Shown here piece by piece: positions 45,522 through 59,000 of a stretch of DNA of 64,000 nucleotides (the first letter of the stretch is position 1; each line of letters opens with the position of its first letter). The translations under genes were made by a program, and so were the position numbers. The stretch lies in NCBI GenBank assembly GCA_051362555.1, contig CM120647.1, positions 9,238,001 through 9,302,000 on the forward strand. The letters are read 5' to 3'. The notes beneath the pieces are model-generated. The model searched no databases and was not told where the DNA came from. It saw only the letters and a program-made list of their open reading frames with translations. This DNA comes from Lingula anatina (lineage: Eukaryota; Animalia; Brachiopoda).

Positions 45522-48500
45522 ATGGATAACCGAACTTCACGGAATATACCGACAGATGTCTATGAGTTGATCCCTATGGAGAGTTATGTCTCTCTAAGGG
45601 TGAGTTGACCATATTATTTATTATTGAAACCCAGCCCAAGTATTTGAGGTTGGCAGGTAAAAAATCAGGATCTACTTGAGTCATATGAGAGCTGCGTAAT
45701 ATTATCAAGGTGTATGAGGTTAACATACAAAGAGCAGGGTTTGTTTGTGTGTGTGTGGTTCATAATGATATTGGATTTTTTCTTTGCTTGTTTTCTATTT
45801 TTTTAATTTTTTTACATTCTGATTCACTTCTGACTTGCAACACAATGGCAGTGAGAAGTACCTCCATTCCCCATACCTTCCCAGGTTATTTACTGTAGTA
45901 GTCATTTTCTATTTGAGGATACAGTTATGAATCTTAACTGAAAAAGCAAATGCATTTGCAAGTTGACAGGTGTAATTAGCCCCCCCCCCCCCCCCCCCCC
46001 CAAGAAAAGTTGTTTGGAAGGTTGGTTTCATTTGTTTGTATAATTATCTTCAATGTTTTTGCTATTCAATATATCTGATGATTAATTTGAAAGTGAGATA
46101 CAAAGTTTACCTGGTATTTCACATTCGCACTGATAACTAGTGCGTTTTGAGTCATTAGCAAATGTTCACTCTGCCACCCAACACTTGGTTATCAGGGATA
46201 TCACAGCACAAAGCTACAAATAGAACTTACCTTGGATAACAAGCTAGGTAAGCTGTCAAATATATATGTTACTAAGCAGGGATTTCCCCAGGATTTGGGG
46301 TACAGGGAGTCCAAAATATACTGGCTTGACAGCTCTAGGGGGGAAGCCTTGTTTCTAAGGAATATAAATACAGTAAGTCATGTATGTTATATTATAATAT
46401 TACATTGTATTGTATTCAGTATTTGTATTGGGTTGTCTTCAATTAAACTTATGATAACGATCAGAATTTTTTGATATTTCACAGAGTTCATGGACTAAGG
46501 ATACAACACAGTTAAAGGTATTTAATATGTGATAAATATCCATTAGATTTGGCGCGAAAATCTCATACAACATACCTTGAAGGTTGTTACTGGCAAGTAG
46601 GTCAAGAGTCATCCCAATTAAGTATACACAGATAGAGGAACAATAACAGTACTTTCATTGTCCTTTGCTAGGTCATCACCTGACATTCTTAAAGTCAATA
46701 ACTGGGGGCTTAGAAATATACAAAAACAGTCTTTTTTTTCTCTTGATGAACAACTGTGAAGGATTCAAACTTGTCCTAATTTTATATACTAGTAGTTAAT
46801 TGTCCTATATTGTCAGTAAAGTTTCTAGGAGCAATTCCTCAAGTATTGTTCAATTAATTACCAGTTTAATTTACTTAATAGCTAACCAGTATATATTAAA
46901 GATCTCCTTGCCAGCTTACCTGAGAGATATCTTATAAATAAAGATTTAGTCATAGTGCTGTGGTCTATACAAAACCTGCTGAATGTTTCACCTGATGTTT
47001 ATACTGAGAGATAAATAAAGATTATGATCCCCACCTTTTATGGTTAATAAAAAATGACGCCACATTACACAATAGGAAGCAAGTATTTTTACTTATTTGG
47101 TTTAAAAAATATAAAGGAGTTATTCATCTCTGGTAAAGATTTGGAATAAGAACAATGGGTTAACACCCATTGTATTAACACAGAATAGGAAGTGACTCCA
47201 AAGTCCCAAAAGTTAAAAATAACCATAAAACAGAGCAAAAAATCCTCGCCTTTTCTTTATTTTCCTCAAAAATCCGTAGCTGTTATAAATAAAGATTTAA
47301 TCATAGTGCCGTGGTCTGTTCAAAAACCTGCTGAATGTTTCACTTGATAAATGTTTATGCTCTTACTTTTTTTCTTCTTATTATTTTAACCAGTTCTCTT
47401 GCTGGGTAGGGCCCCTTACTTTGTGCGAATTACTCATTGCTCTTTCGTTTCATAAATGTTTAGAAGTTAGGTAGGTTTTGAAGTATTTTTTCACAAGTAG
47501 GACCATTTAATTTGTTAGTGTTACCTATTGCTGCTTCAGCTTATAAAAGTTTTTTACTGTAGGTCTCTGCAATTCTTTTTGGATTATTTATTCTTTACAT
47601 AAGTTGATATACTCATCAATTAAGACTTAGTTTACCAAGGCTTACTGGGTTAAACAGTTAAAGTCCACACCACTGTGGAGAAGGTCATCTCACCAATTTC
47701 CTGCCACTTGCTGCTGCACCTCATACAGCGGATTAAGTTTTCAGAGAGCATGCATTTTCTTCAGTTTCTCATGGGATCTTTATCTTCATACAAATCGCTC
47801 ACGACGTCGATATTTTGAGCAGAGATCTACCTGGATTGTGTTGCGTGTTAGGAATTTTGTTTTCACTGGAGTTATGTTCATCAGTATTTTGCTATTTTTC
47901 TGTACATAGAAGAAAATTTTCATCTTCATAATACTTTGTAGATATTATTTGTCCTGTTAGATCATAGCCTTGGGGGGGAAAAAGCTTGAACCACAATTAT
48001 TCAAAATAAAAGATACTGTTGATTTGTGCATTTGCACAGCTCTTTGAAAATTATAGGCCAAAAATATATTATAAAAGTTACCTAATAAAAAAGCAAAGGT
48101 GATGAGGTAGAAGTTAGAGATGTATTTTAGCTATGTTTAAAACTTTTTTCATTTCATGAATTATATCTTAGCAATACCAACTGTACTAGTACAGTTTGAG
48201 AGGTCCCAACTTGGACTAGTAGATACACTAAAGGGGGTTTGCTCCTTTACACAAGTTTCCCACAAGTTTTTTTCTTGCTGCTCAGTTGTCAGTCTCTCAA
48301 AGTGTACCGTGGCACAGAAGTTATTGCTGCAGTATACTGCTCAATGTGAAAGGAACCCAAGCACAGTAGAATGCACAGACTGTGCACAAGTGCAGACAAT
48401 AATATAGCAGACATGTTTTACCAGTGGAAGGTATTGATTTGGACAACACATAGTATTTGTAGTCAAGCAGTGGCCTATGTTTTACTGTTATAAGTGGAGT

Positions 48501-51137
48501 CAATTTCTATAATTAGCATAATTTATGGGAATTGTCAGTCTGGTCCATATCGCTAACCCCTCCCCCCCCCCTCCCCTTTAGATAAATTTATATTTTTAGC
48601 AGACTAAAGATCATTTCTGTCTTTATTTTCTAGTTAATTCCTAAATGAGGATTCAGTCTTTATAATAAGTATACATGTATATTGCATACTTGGGATCAAT
48701 TACTTGGTAATTAGATTAGTATAGTACTGTATATATGCAGATTTTGATAGCTTCAGTCACATTATCATTGGAATCTAAATTACTGTTCACTATGGGTCTA
48801 ACACATGTGCCTTACAGCTTGTGTTAATTGATTTCAAAGTGGATTCATTTGGTTTAAAAAATCATGATAATGTATGTAGCAGGTGGCCTGGGGTGAATAA
48901 ATCATTTAAATGCAGGTGTCAATTTTTTTAATATGAAAAATTTTATTGTAAAATTATAAGACTAGTATCCTTCTTTGTCTGTCTTGCCTCAGTTATAACT
49001 AAGGTTGTTTACTTTTATCCCAGTTATGTGTTGAGATATAGTTAATGATGGTTCTTTCCTGAAGTAATTAACTTGAATAAAGCAAAACTTGGAGTTTCAG
49101 GCATGGTTTTGTAATACTATAGGGAGTCCAAATGTGTTTTCTGCCTCAGACAGGTTTTATCTGGGCCCCATATACTAAATCCCCCTTTACACTGGGTGGC
49201 ATCTTTTCTGTGTCCTGTAGTATGGTCCTGTTTGAGAGTAAAACAAAAATAATAATACTTTACCTGCCAACAACTGGCTGATCATTTTAAGCATTCATTC
49301 TGCAACCAGAGCAATACTAGTGCCTCCTTTCTATGACCACAGCGATGCCAGTTTCATGGACGCAGAAAGGACACCATCCACAGTGTAAAGGGGGTTCAAT
49401 TAGCCTTCATATTAAAAATCTTATTTAAGAAAATGGCTTCTTATTTTTAAAGAAAATGGCTAAAAAATTAACAAAAGGAAAACCAAAAGACAGGTTGCTT
49501 GTCTAAATGGCCTGCTTAGTGCAAGTTTGATTTCACAATTTAAATTCATTCCCAAGCAACATTGTTATTGCACTGTCAGAGCAGATAGGTTCTACTTTCC
49601 CAGCCAGGCATTAAATATCTGAATTAAATGCACATAATGGCAGTTTTATATGCTGTGTGTATTGAGGACAGACAAACACTTGTCTGTGTACCTCTCTGTG
49701 TTTAGATCTCTTTGGATAAAAAAACAGGTATCACCTACTAGCTTTAGGAGTAATCAGAAGATCGCACCCCATCTTTCTTGCTGAAAGTTAACATTTCATT
49801 TTGTTTTTAAAAAAATGACCTGACCTTGTAAAGTGAAGCAGATTCTTAAGACATTAGAGTAATTTCTAATTAGATTTATTAGATTCTATGAAAGCAAGTA
49901 CATATAGTATTTCCTGTACATATAGTATATGCTTTCCCAAAATTCACAGTAATTCCAAAAATAAATGAGTCAATATCAATCAAAAAATGTTACTTTTTAA
50001 GAGAAATCAAAATGGTGAACTCAAAATGATGAAATGTTTGGAAAAGTGATATCTGAAGATTATGGACATTCTAATGTGGACAAATATATATATATCATTT
50101 TCTATATGTGGACAAAATACCATTTAAGAGAGAAACTGAAATGAATTGAAAAAATCTTTTGGATATGCGATGTTTGAGAATTACCATATTGTATGACCTA
50201 TCTGATGTGCAGATAGAGTTGAGATGGATTTGGATGCTATCGGTATAATCGTCTCTCCCCTCAAAGAGCAAAGCCTCTATGAAAAGGAAATCCTCGTGTT
50301 TAACATTGCGTAAAGTAATAAGAATGCGACGTATCCTTGTAATCGCATTGTCAATATTATCTGAACCATCTAGACTATTCTGACTGGGGCTCACTCTGCC
50401 ATAGTGCAAATGTTAGATGTAATCTTTTTTATTGGGTTGAAGAAACTGGAGAATTTGTCATCATTTTAAAATATTTATTTATTTATTTATTTATTTGCAA
50501 AAATTACATCGATTTAGTTTAAAAACAAAGTTTTTCTTAGGAGCTGAAGAACCAGTGTGAGTGAAAGAAGCACTTGTCATCCATCAAAGTCCCACCACCA
50601 AAATTATTTGCTAGTACCAACCTGAATATGGTGGTAAGAAAAAAAATCATACACATTTTAGTAAGAATCAATAAGCCCAGATTTAATTTAATTGCTCCTG
50701 GCTTAAGTAAGTCTTCATGTGAACACGACTTAAATCCTTTTTTAATACGGACCACCTGTCTAATAGAAAAGGTCCACAGAGCATAGGGTAAGGAAGAGAA
50801 TAGATGAAAGCTTTGTAATCTTCTTGTATCTTTTATCTGATGGAGAGCAATGACTGTGATATATAGATTTGTAAAGGAAATCACCAGGTGTGTTTGTGTG
50901 TGTTTGAGATACAGCATTAATTGAAGTACATTAATCTCCCCTCTCCCCCCCCCAAAAAAAAAGAAAAAGGGGGGGGGGGGGAGGGTTAGTGTACTCTCTT
51001 GAGAGCATTTTTGGTTATCCAGACAGCGAAAACATGCATTTAAAAGAGTTGTCTTCCTCGACCAAAATTATACATTATAAAAGCAAAAGTTTAAAGTTAA
51101 AGACCCTTCCCCCCCCAAAAAAAAAAAAAAAATTTAA

Positions 51138-51172
<35 letters not shown>

Positions 51173-52989
51173 GGTAAAAGGGAGGGGGGTAACTTAAAGG
51201 TTTATCTTTTAGTGTAATAAAGTCCATTTTCAGCCAGAGCCTGTTTTAGTGTGGTAGGCAGGCATGAATACAAGCTCTATATCTTTGTCAGCATGATCTT
51301 ATATATATATAATCTCAGGAAACATATCTGCACTTGTACATTGCTACTTAACTTAATCCCCTGATGGTTTTATTATGGCCCACCTAGGAGTAATAGTAGC
51401 TTGAAAATGATCTAAAGGTATTCAGCCACTGGCCTTTATACACTGATCTCTCAGATAGTATCTAGAATACAAATTTTGTCCTCGCACTAACTTAATGTTA
51501 TTTTAATTTTTAAATTTTGTTTTTTTTTTTCATGTTTACAGGGATGAGCTCTTTCAGTCTATCTGCAGATTTCAGACTTTTTAAGAGCCAAAAAAAAAAA
51601 AAAAAAAAAAATCATTGGCCTAGGCAGCCCCCTGAACCCCAGGCCGTTTTTTTTTTTTTTTTTTTTTTTCTTTTTCTCAACTAGATCACTAAATGGCAGT
51701 CTCATCCCTGTGTTTGCAAATTTATTTATTTACTAGTAAACAGATGCTTAACACATAATTTAGTGCAAATAACTGTAAATTTAGCAGTTGATTAGAAAAA
51801 ACATTATATGGTATATTAAAATGTAAATTATGATTGATTAAGTTGTGATGTTCAAAAGGCAAAAATATTATATCTCATACTGGCAGTGTCACCTATAGTG
51901 GCAGTTCCCTGAAGATGTTCTTGTGATAAAGGACAAAACATTTAGAGACGCTGCGTAACATCTTGCAGATCTACGTGAGTGTCCAGTATAAGCTTTAATA
52001 TTTTGCCTTTTCAGTATGTGTTCCTGCTCGAGCAACATAGAGTGACTCCCGCTCTCACCACCAACACCAACCTATTATTGAAGCGAGCAAATAATTTCTT
52101 CCTCTCCTCTCATGTAGCAACTATAAATAGTATAGTAACTAAGGTTCATAATTGTCATTCTCTACACAGCTTAAGGTTGGGAGGGGACCCACAAAAAACT
52201 TGGCAGTGATGGATAATCCTCTCGCCCCGTAGCAATCTGACCTCTTACCTTTGATCCTGCAAATTTTTTTTCGTACTAGTACCCTCTGCGTTAGGGGAGC
52301 CAAGCAGTAGATGGAGTGTAATCAAGAATGATGGGAATAAGAGAATAAATTTAATGGTGATTATGACGAATGACAAAAGAAAAGTTGATTTTATATATCA
52401 TGCAGAGACCCCAGTTGATTTTAACGCGGTCACATAATTCACCAACTTGGTACATTACTCTTATTACTCTCAATCTATATATATTTATTTAAAATGTATA
52501 TAAATATATGTAAATAAAAACATTTGAATGCATATAAAGTGTATATAGAATGTGTAATCTATATAAATGATTACTTGTATACAGTGTTATGTTAAATTTT
52601 ACCTACATTTGCTCTGAAAAAGTTTTTTTAAGCCACATAATTGGTGTATTAATTCCCTGTCACTAACAACCATGAAAAACCAGTTTGTCTAGTGTGACTG
52701 CTATCTTTATGGAGTGGCATGCCAAGTACTAGTATGTGAAATGCTTGTCATTCTTCTGATGTCTTTAGTGCCTTGATGATATTGGGACTATTTTAGTTGC
52801 ATGTTTGTGTATATAAGTGTGTCATTGCGTTAGTTTGCAGCTTACCTGAGAAAGATAAAAGAACATTAGAATGAGTATTACCTTCTCATTGACATCATTT
52901 TCCCCCTAATTAAAATTCGCCACTTTGGTCTTCTGTACATTCCTGTTGATTTAGGAGAGATGATCAAAGTTATCAGTAATTACTTTTAC

Positions 52990-53020
<31 letters not shown>

Positions 53021-56000
53021 TTTGATGAAGTTAAAATATTTATAGATGAGTGAAGATTCCACAAGTGAAAAATTACTCTATAGTTTTAACTATATTAAAC
53101 AAAATATCTGATGTCTAGGTGTAGATTTATTCATTTCCTTTTGATCTGAATTGATAAAAATTGGTTGGCAGTGAGCTTTTATAGCACTGATTGGGACCTC
53201 TGTTCCAATGACTGTCTATAATATAATATAATATAATATAATATAATATAATATAATATAATATAATATAATATAATATAATATAATATAATATAATATA
53301 ATATAATATGCTTGGGAAGTTGAATCTTAAGGTCAGAAGAAGCCAATAAAGTGTACAGCAATCAGCTCAATATCACATGAAAATAAGTCTTGTGAAGATG
53401 GCATTGTACCTAAACTGTGACTAATCACTTGTATCTGACGGCTTCCTTGGAACAAATACGACAGCCTTAGAAAAAATTGAGCTGTTTCACAATTAAGCTA
53501 TTTTCTCGTTAACGATTTAGCAGGGGCAAAAGACAAATGCCAGATGACTCATGACTTGGCTTTGGTGAACTGAAGATATTGTAATTTTACCTAGACTGAT
53601 GGTAAACAAACTCATATAAAACAGGTACCTTTGCTTTGGTATCGAGGAAATGAAGTGGAATGCACATTTCACTTTCTAGCAATTTTGCTCAATCTCCGCA
53701 AATGCTGTATTTGTGTTATTTGGTATGTTTGGATAAAAAGTGAAGGTAATACTCATATAAAACATGTACTTTTACTTTGATATGGAGGGAGCAATGTTGA
53801 ATGCCACGTTGACATACCTGAAACGTAAATGCTGGGGTAGCGCTGACGCTTGCCAATTTAGCCAAATGTTAAAACTGAATTGAATGGGTGAAACAAAATA
53901 GGGTTGATTTGACTCATTTTTGTCAAATTAAATTCATTTGGTAAAAAAGGTGTTGAGAAAATAGTGATTTGGTGAAGCGGGCAAAACAAAAAATTGCTAG
54001 AGCTACCCCAGAAATGTATATATGATGCACATTTCAAGGAATAAAGATCCCTTGCAATTAAAAGTAATTTTATTAACCCCAGAGCACTGTTATCCATCTA
54101 TCTATTTGTTTTGTGACCTGTATACTAGTGCTGCCTTTTTTACTCCTGAATACATGTCAATTTTAACCCTGGTCGTACATTTTCAGGCCAAGCTCCGAGT
54201 TTCCATCCTCTGGGTCCTAGAAAAGGCATACTCTGGATCCATACCTCAGGACTTAACAGATCCTGTAGACTTGAGTGGGGAGGTGAGTGACAAAAATCTA
54301 TTTTTTTTTTCAGAAACATCTATTTGTATTTGAATTTTATTGAAGCAGTGTACTTTATATTGTGTTATTTTTGTAACCAAAATATTTATATAATAGATAT
54401 TTCCCAGAATCTGTTGCTGTAATGCTGAAGTAGAAAAATAACTGCTCAAGAACTTACCATTTATTGCATATAAGTTGATTTCAAATGATGAAATATTTCT
54501 GAGGTTCATTTTGATTACTATAATGAAAATGGTATGAGGTTTTTTTTTTTCTGATGTACATTGGAATCATACATGATTGTTTGAAATACCACTTTTGCTT
54601 CTTTTTGTTACAGGAAAGCAATGTGTTGCAGCCAAAGGTGAAACAGCTCCTGACATCAGGGGAGGTCTACTGTAGAGCTTGTGCCAATATTACACGAGAT
54701 TACTCCACAAAATGGCAAGGTACATCTCTCTCACCCTCTCTCTCTCTCTCTCTCATTGAAAATAATAATAACAAAATTTAATAAATTAATGTATCATATT
54801 CACTGTTTCATTGGCTTTTTTATCAAGAGATATCACCCGCTCTCTCTCTTGCTCTCGCACTCTCTTGTCATAATTCAACTCTAATTTCACTCCTCTCCAG
54901 GTCACTGGGATGTGATACAAGCACTCTCAAAGCGAGGGATATATGTAGTACAGAGTAACGAGGTTGCTGTCACAGAGCACCTGCTGGCAAAGACTGACAC
55001 ATTCCAACAAGTGAGTATATATACCCTGAGCCACATTCAAAACAAGTCTAACTTGAACTGCTAAATGACATCATCAAGTGGGCAAATCGGGTATATCAGC
55101 TCCATAGGATTCCCTGACTCAGATATACTCTAAGTTGGAACTTTTTGGCCTGATGTGACACTGACCACAGTCAAGCTTAGGTAGATGAAGCACTTGTCTT
55201 GTCTTGGGGTTTGATAGATTTATTTCTTGGCTTATTCTGGCCCCACCCCTCTTGGCAGTTTTTTTTTTTCCTTCATCATGTAGCCTCTAGCTAAAGGCCT
55301 GTGGTATAAAGTAAAACAGTATAGACTGCCAAAAAATGGGTACAAATATATGACACAGCTGTCATTGCTAAACTTATACAAGATAAAATTAGACTAAAGT
55401 TCATCTTGCAGGTACAAGTTTCTATTGATATCATTTACACATAGCTGAGGTATAAAAAGTTGTGGAATTCATGAAGCATCAGATTTTTTACACAGAGCAA
55501 GGTTAACATATTAAGGCATGGATACAAAAGGATATACTGTTTCATCTAACGCCCAGCTATATTATCTTATACACAGCGGAGTTATAAAAAAAGTTATGCT
55601 GCAGTTTATGTTACTTCAGAAGGCGCACCTTACAAACACACAAGGTCTTCTTTATGTGAAGCTGAATTATAAAAAAGTAGTAAAAGAGATTTTGATGCTC
55701 CGGAAGATTTTGATTGTTTGGCATCTACACAAGATGAAGTCCTTTCACACAAAGAAAATTGTTGAACAGAGCTGAGTAAGCTTTAATGATATTAATGAGA
55801 AGAAAATTGTATTTTTTTCCCTTTGAGGTATTAAGTTTCACTTGTCTAGTATCAAAGTAACATAACAGCAGTACTTGATACATAAAGAATTTTATGTCTT
55901 TTTAAATTTACTGTACAACATTCACTTTATATACATAAGTTGGAGTCATTCAAGGATATCAAAGTATGTGTGTAGGTGCGTGCTAGCTGAACAGATCGGA

Positions 56001-59000
56001 AATCTTTCAAATCAGCAATTTTAATCAAATCCGTCATTACCTTGACAAATTATAAGAAAAGATGATAGTATTTCTGATATTTTTAATCAATTTCCCATAT
56101 TTCAGGAAGCGCACCTGGCCATGATGGATGCTCTAATGGAGGCCCACATCAAGGAGGTGGTGTCTGTGGAGGCAGTGGTCAGGGCGGTCAAGTGAGTACT
56201 GGACTTTTGACTGGACAGTCTAGTTATTAATACAGATGGAGACCTTTTAAGCCTGCTACCTCTGAAATGTAGCCATAACGATCAGCTTATGTTGGCTAGT
56301 TTGTGTAGATATATTAGATACTTTTAACATGGAATATATTTACTAGTATTTACTTACCCCCTTATTGCCTCTGGAAATTTCAATCTATCATTTGGAAGAT
56401 GCTCAGTATTTTACTTTTTTTTTTTTTTTTCAATTTTCCTTTTGATACTTGTCATTGTCTCATCAGCAAGTTGTCTTAAATATGTGGAGAAATAAGATTT
56501 TTTTATCATAATTTTTTTCCAGAAAATTTTCCTCCTTCAATGCGTCTAGTGAGCTGCCGTATGACTTGGAGGATGCCCTTTTGTTCTGGATCAACAAGGT
56601 TTGCAGTGCAGTCAGATACAGACTCGAAAAGGAGCAAAAAGTGAAACAACAACAGTTAATAGAACAGCAGGACACACAGAGGGTAAGTTTTTTTTTTCAT
56701 TTTTCCCAAAGCAAAAAACGTTCAACTTTACAATAATGCTTTTATACCTCACATGGAGTAAGTTAATTAAATTAAAAGGAATATCCTCAGGGTTCTTACA
56801 GCCTTGAAAAGTGCTCAAATTTAGCCCTGCACTTGAATTCAGTTTGCGGCCTTGAAAAATGCTTCTCATTACCATAAACCTTGAAAAGGGCTTGTATTTC
56901 ATAATTTTTGTCCTTAAAGTGAATAAAGTATCTTTGTAGTATAATATAGCTAAATGCTAAACATAGGTTTTTGTAGTGACACAATAGCTGGGTCCAACAA
57001 TAACTGATAACGTTTACCCTTTTACTAGTATAGTATATGGAAGCTGAATGCTAGACATATAGGTCAACTTAATAGTTATAATCTCTCTGTCTATCTCCAA
57101 CTTCTTCTAGATCCGCATCAACAAGAAGCAGCTGAACCCCAAGTCTCTACCTGAGGTCCCCGTGCTGGATGATATCCTGAAGGATGTCAGCGATGGCTGC
57201 TGCATTGCTGTACTAGTCAGTTTTTACTCTCCAGAATTACTACCTATAGAAGGTAAGTGATGGCTGCTGCATTGCTGTACTAGTCAGTTTTTACTCTCCA
57301 GAATTACTACCTATAGAAGGTAAGTGATGGGTGAAACATAGGAATATATGCAAATGTATATAAATGGAACACATAAATTTTAAAATATGTACAAATATGT
57401 GAAAGTTGCACTTACAAAATAAGCATAAGAGCATCAGGAATGTACAAAAAAAAAAAAAAAAAACAACTAAATGTGTGAAGACATACAAGTTTTCTTTCTC
57501 ACTCATTCATTGATTTAGTTACTTGCTGACCTTCAAGTGATACATCACACTGTCACACAGGCATTCATGTATGAATATAGGTAAAGGATGAGAGTTATGA
57601 ATCTCTTCATTTCTTGTTGGGGGGGGGGGGGGGGGGGGGGTAAATTTTTCACCAGGCCACACAGTAATTTGTTTGTAAATTATGATTTGGTGTTAATTCG
57701 AAAGCTTGGAATAAGATGCAATCATTTTCCCTTTCTTCTGTATGTATTCAGCATGTAATTTAGTAGCTATGGCAACAGCCCACTCATAATGAAAATTTCT
57801 GACTGTAAGAAGAATTTCATCAGCTGTGTTATGTTATAATAATAAAGTAATTTTCTTAATTCCCTGATGAAGATGTCCTGAGAAACATTGAAATATTGAA
57901 GGTAATATTAGCTGTTGATTGAAGAAAAGTTACTTCATTCTTATAAAATATCTGTAAAATAAAAAGATAGGATTCAAATTTTACTGATTTTTTTCTCAAT
58001 TTTTCAGATGTGTGTTTAAAGCCAGTAATGGGAATAGCAGACTCCATATACAACCTCTCTCTGGTGGAAAAGTTTTGTAGTCAACACATACCGATGCCGT
58101 GTTTCCACTTCAAGTACGAAGATCTCCTCTACACGCACTCTAATATAAAGACGAACTTATTGGCGTTTCTGGCACACCTGTTCTATTACTTTGAGGTAGA
58201 GGGCGCCACATTTGTGAAGAATCCACTGAATGATAAAGAGAATATTGCTCAAGAAGATGGTGAGTTGTATTTAGTAATGAAATGATTTAGTAGTTATTTG
58301 AACATGGATTAAAGTTTCCAGATTATGCCTGACCTCAGGATTTTGAGTCTTCATTTTGATTGTTTTTTTTTTTTTTGTTTTTTTTTTTTTTTTTTTTTTT
58401 TTTCATAAAGTTTAATTACGATGAGAAATTACAAGCTATGTTTTCAGGATTTTCAGTTTTTACAATTTTCACCCATGTGTGAAATAAAGAAATAAAAAAT
58501 TAATGAGTTGCAGAGAGTATTGGCATAAATTAAGATTACAAATTTAAGCTCATAAACATGGGATGTGTCTGAAAGGTGTGCCCTTTTGACTAGTTAAAGT
58601 TGCTCTGAATCAAAATTTTATTTAGATTGTATGCCATTTTTTAATATGGATAAACTTAAAAGGTGCAATGTCCATCTTTTTTGGAGAAAATGAAAAATGT
58701 CTTGAATCACTCTCCCTGGTATTCCGGTGAAAAGGGGCAAAAGTGCATATTTTTCTAAAGTAAAGTGAACATTTTTAAAGTTAACCCCTGTAGAGTCTGT
58801 TAAGAAAATTATTGTTATTATAATAAAAGAAACACCGAAAACACAAACGGTGAAGGCCTATGTGCTAAAATTACACCAAAGGAAAAGGTTAAACACAATC
58901 CCAAATAATGCCACTTTTATCACCTTGTTTGCCGGTGTACACAAATCAAACAGAAGAAAAAGCAGAAAGGAACTCTTTAGCATATAAAGACCGTAATCTC

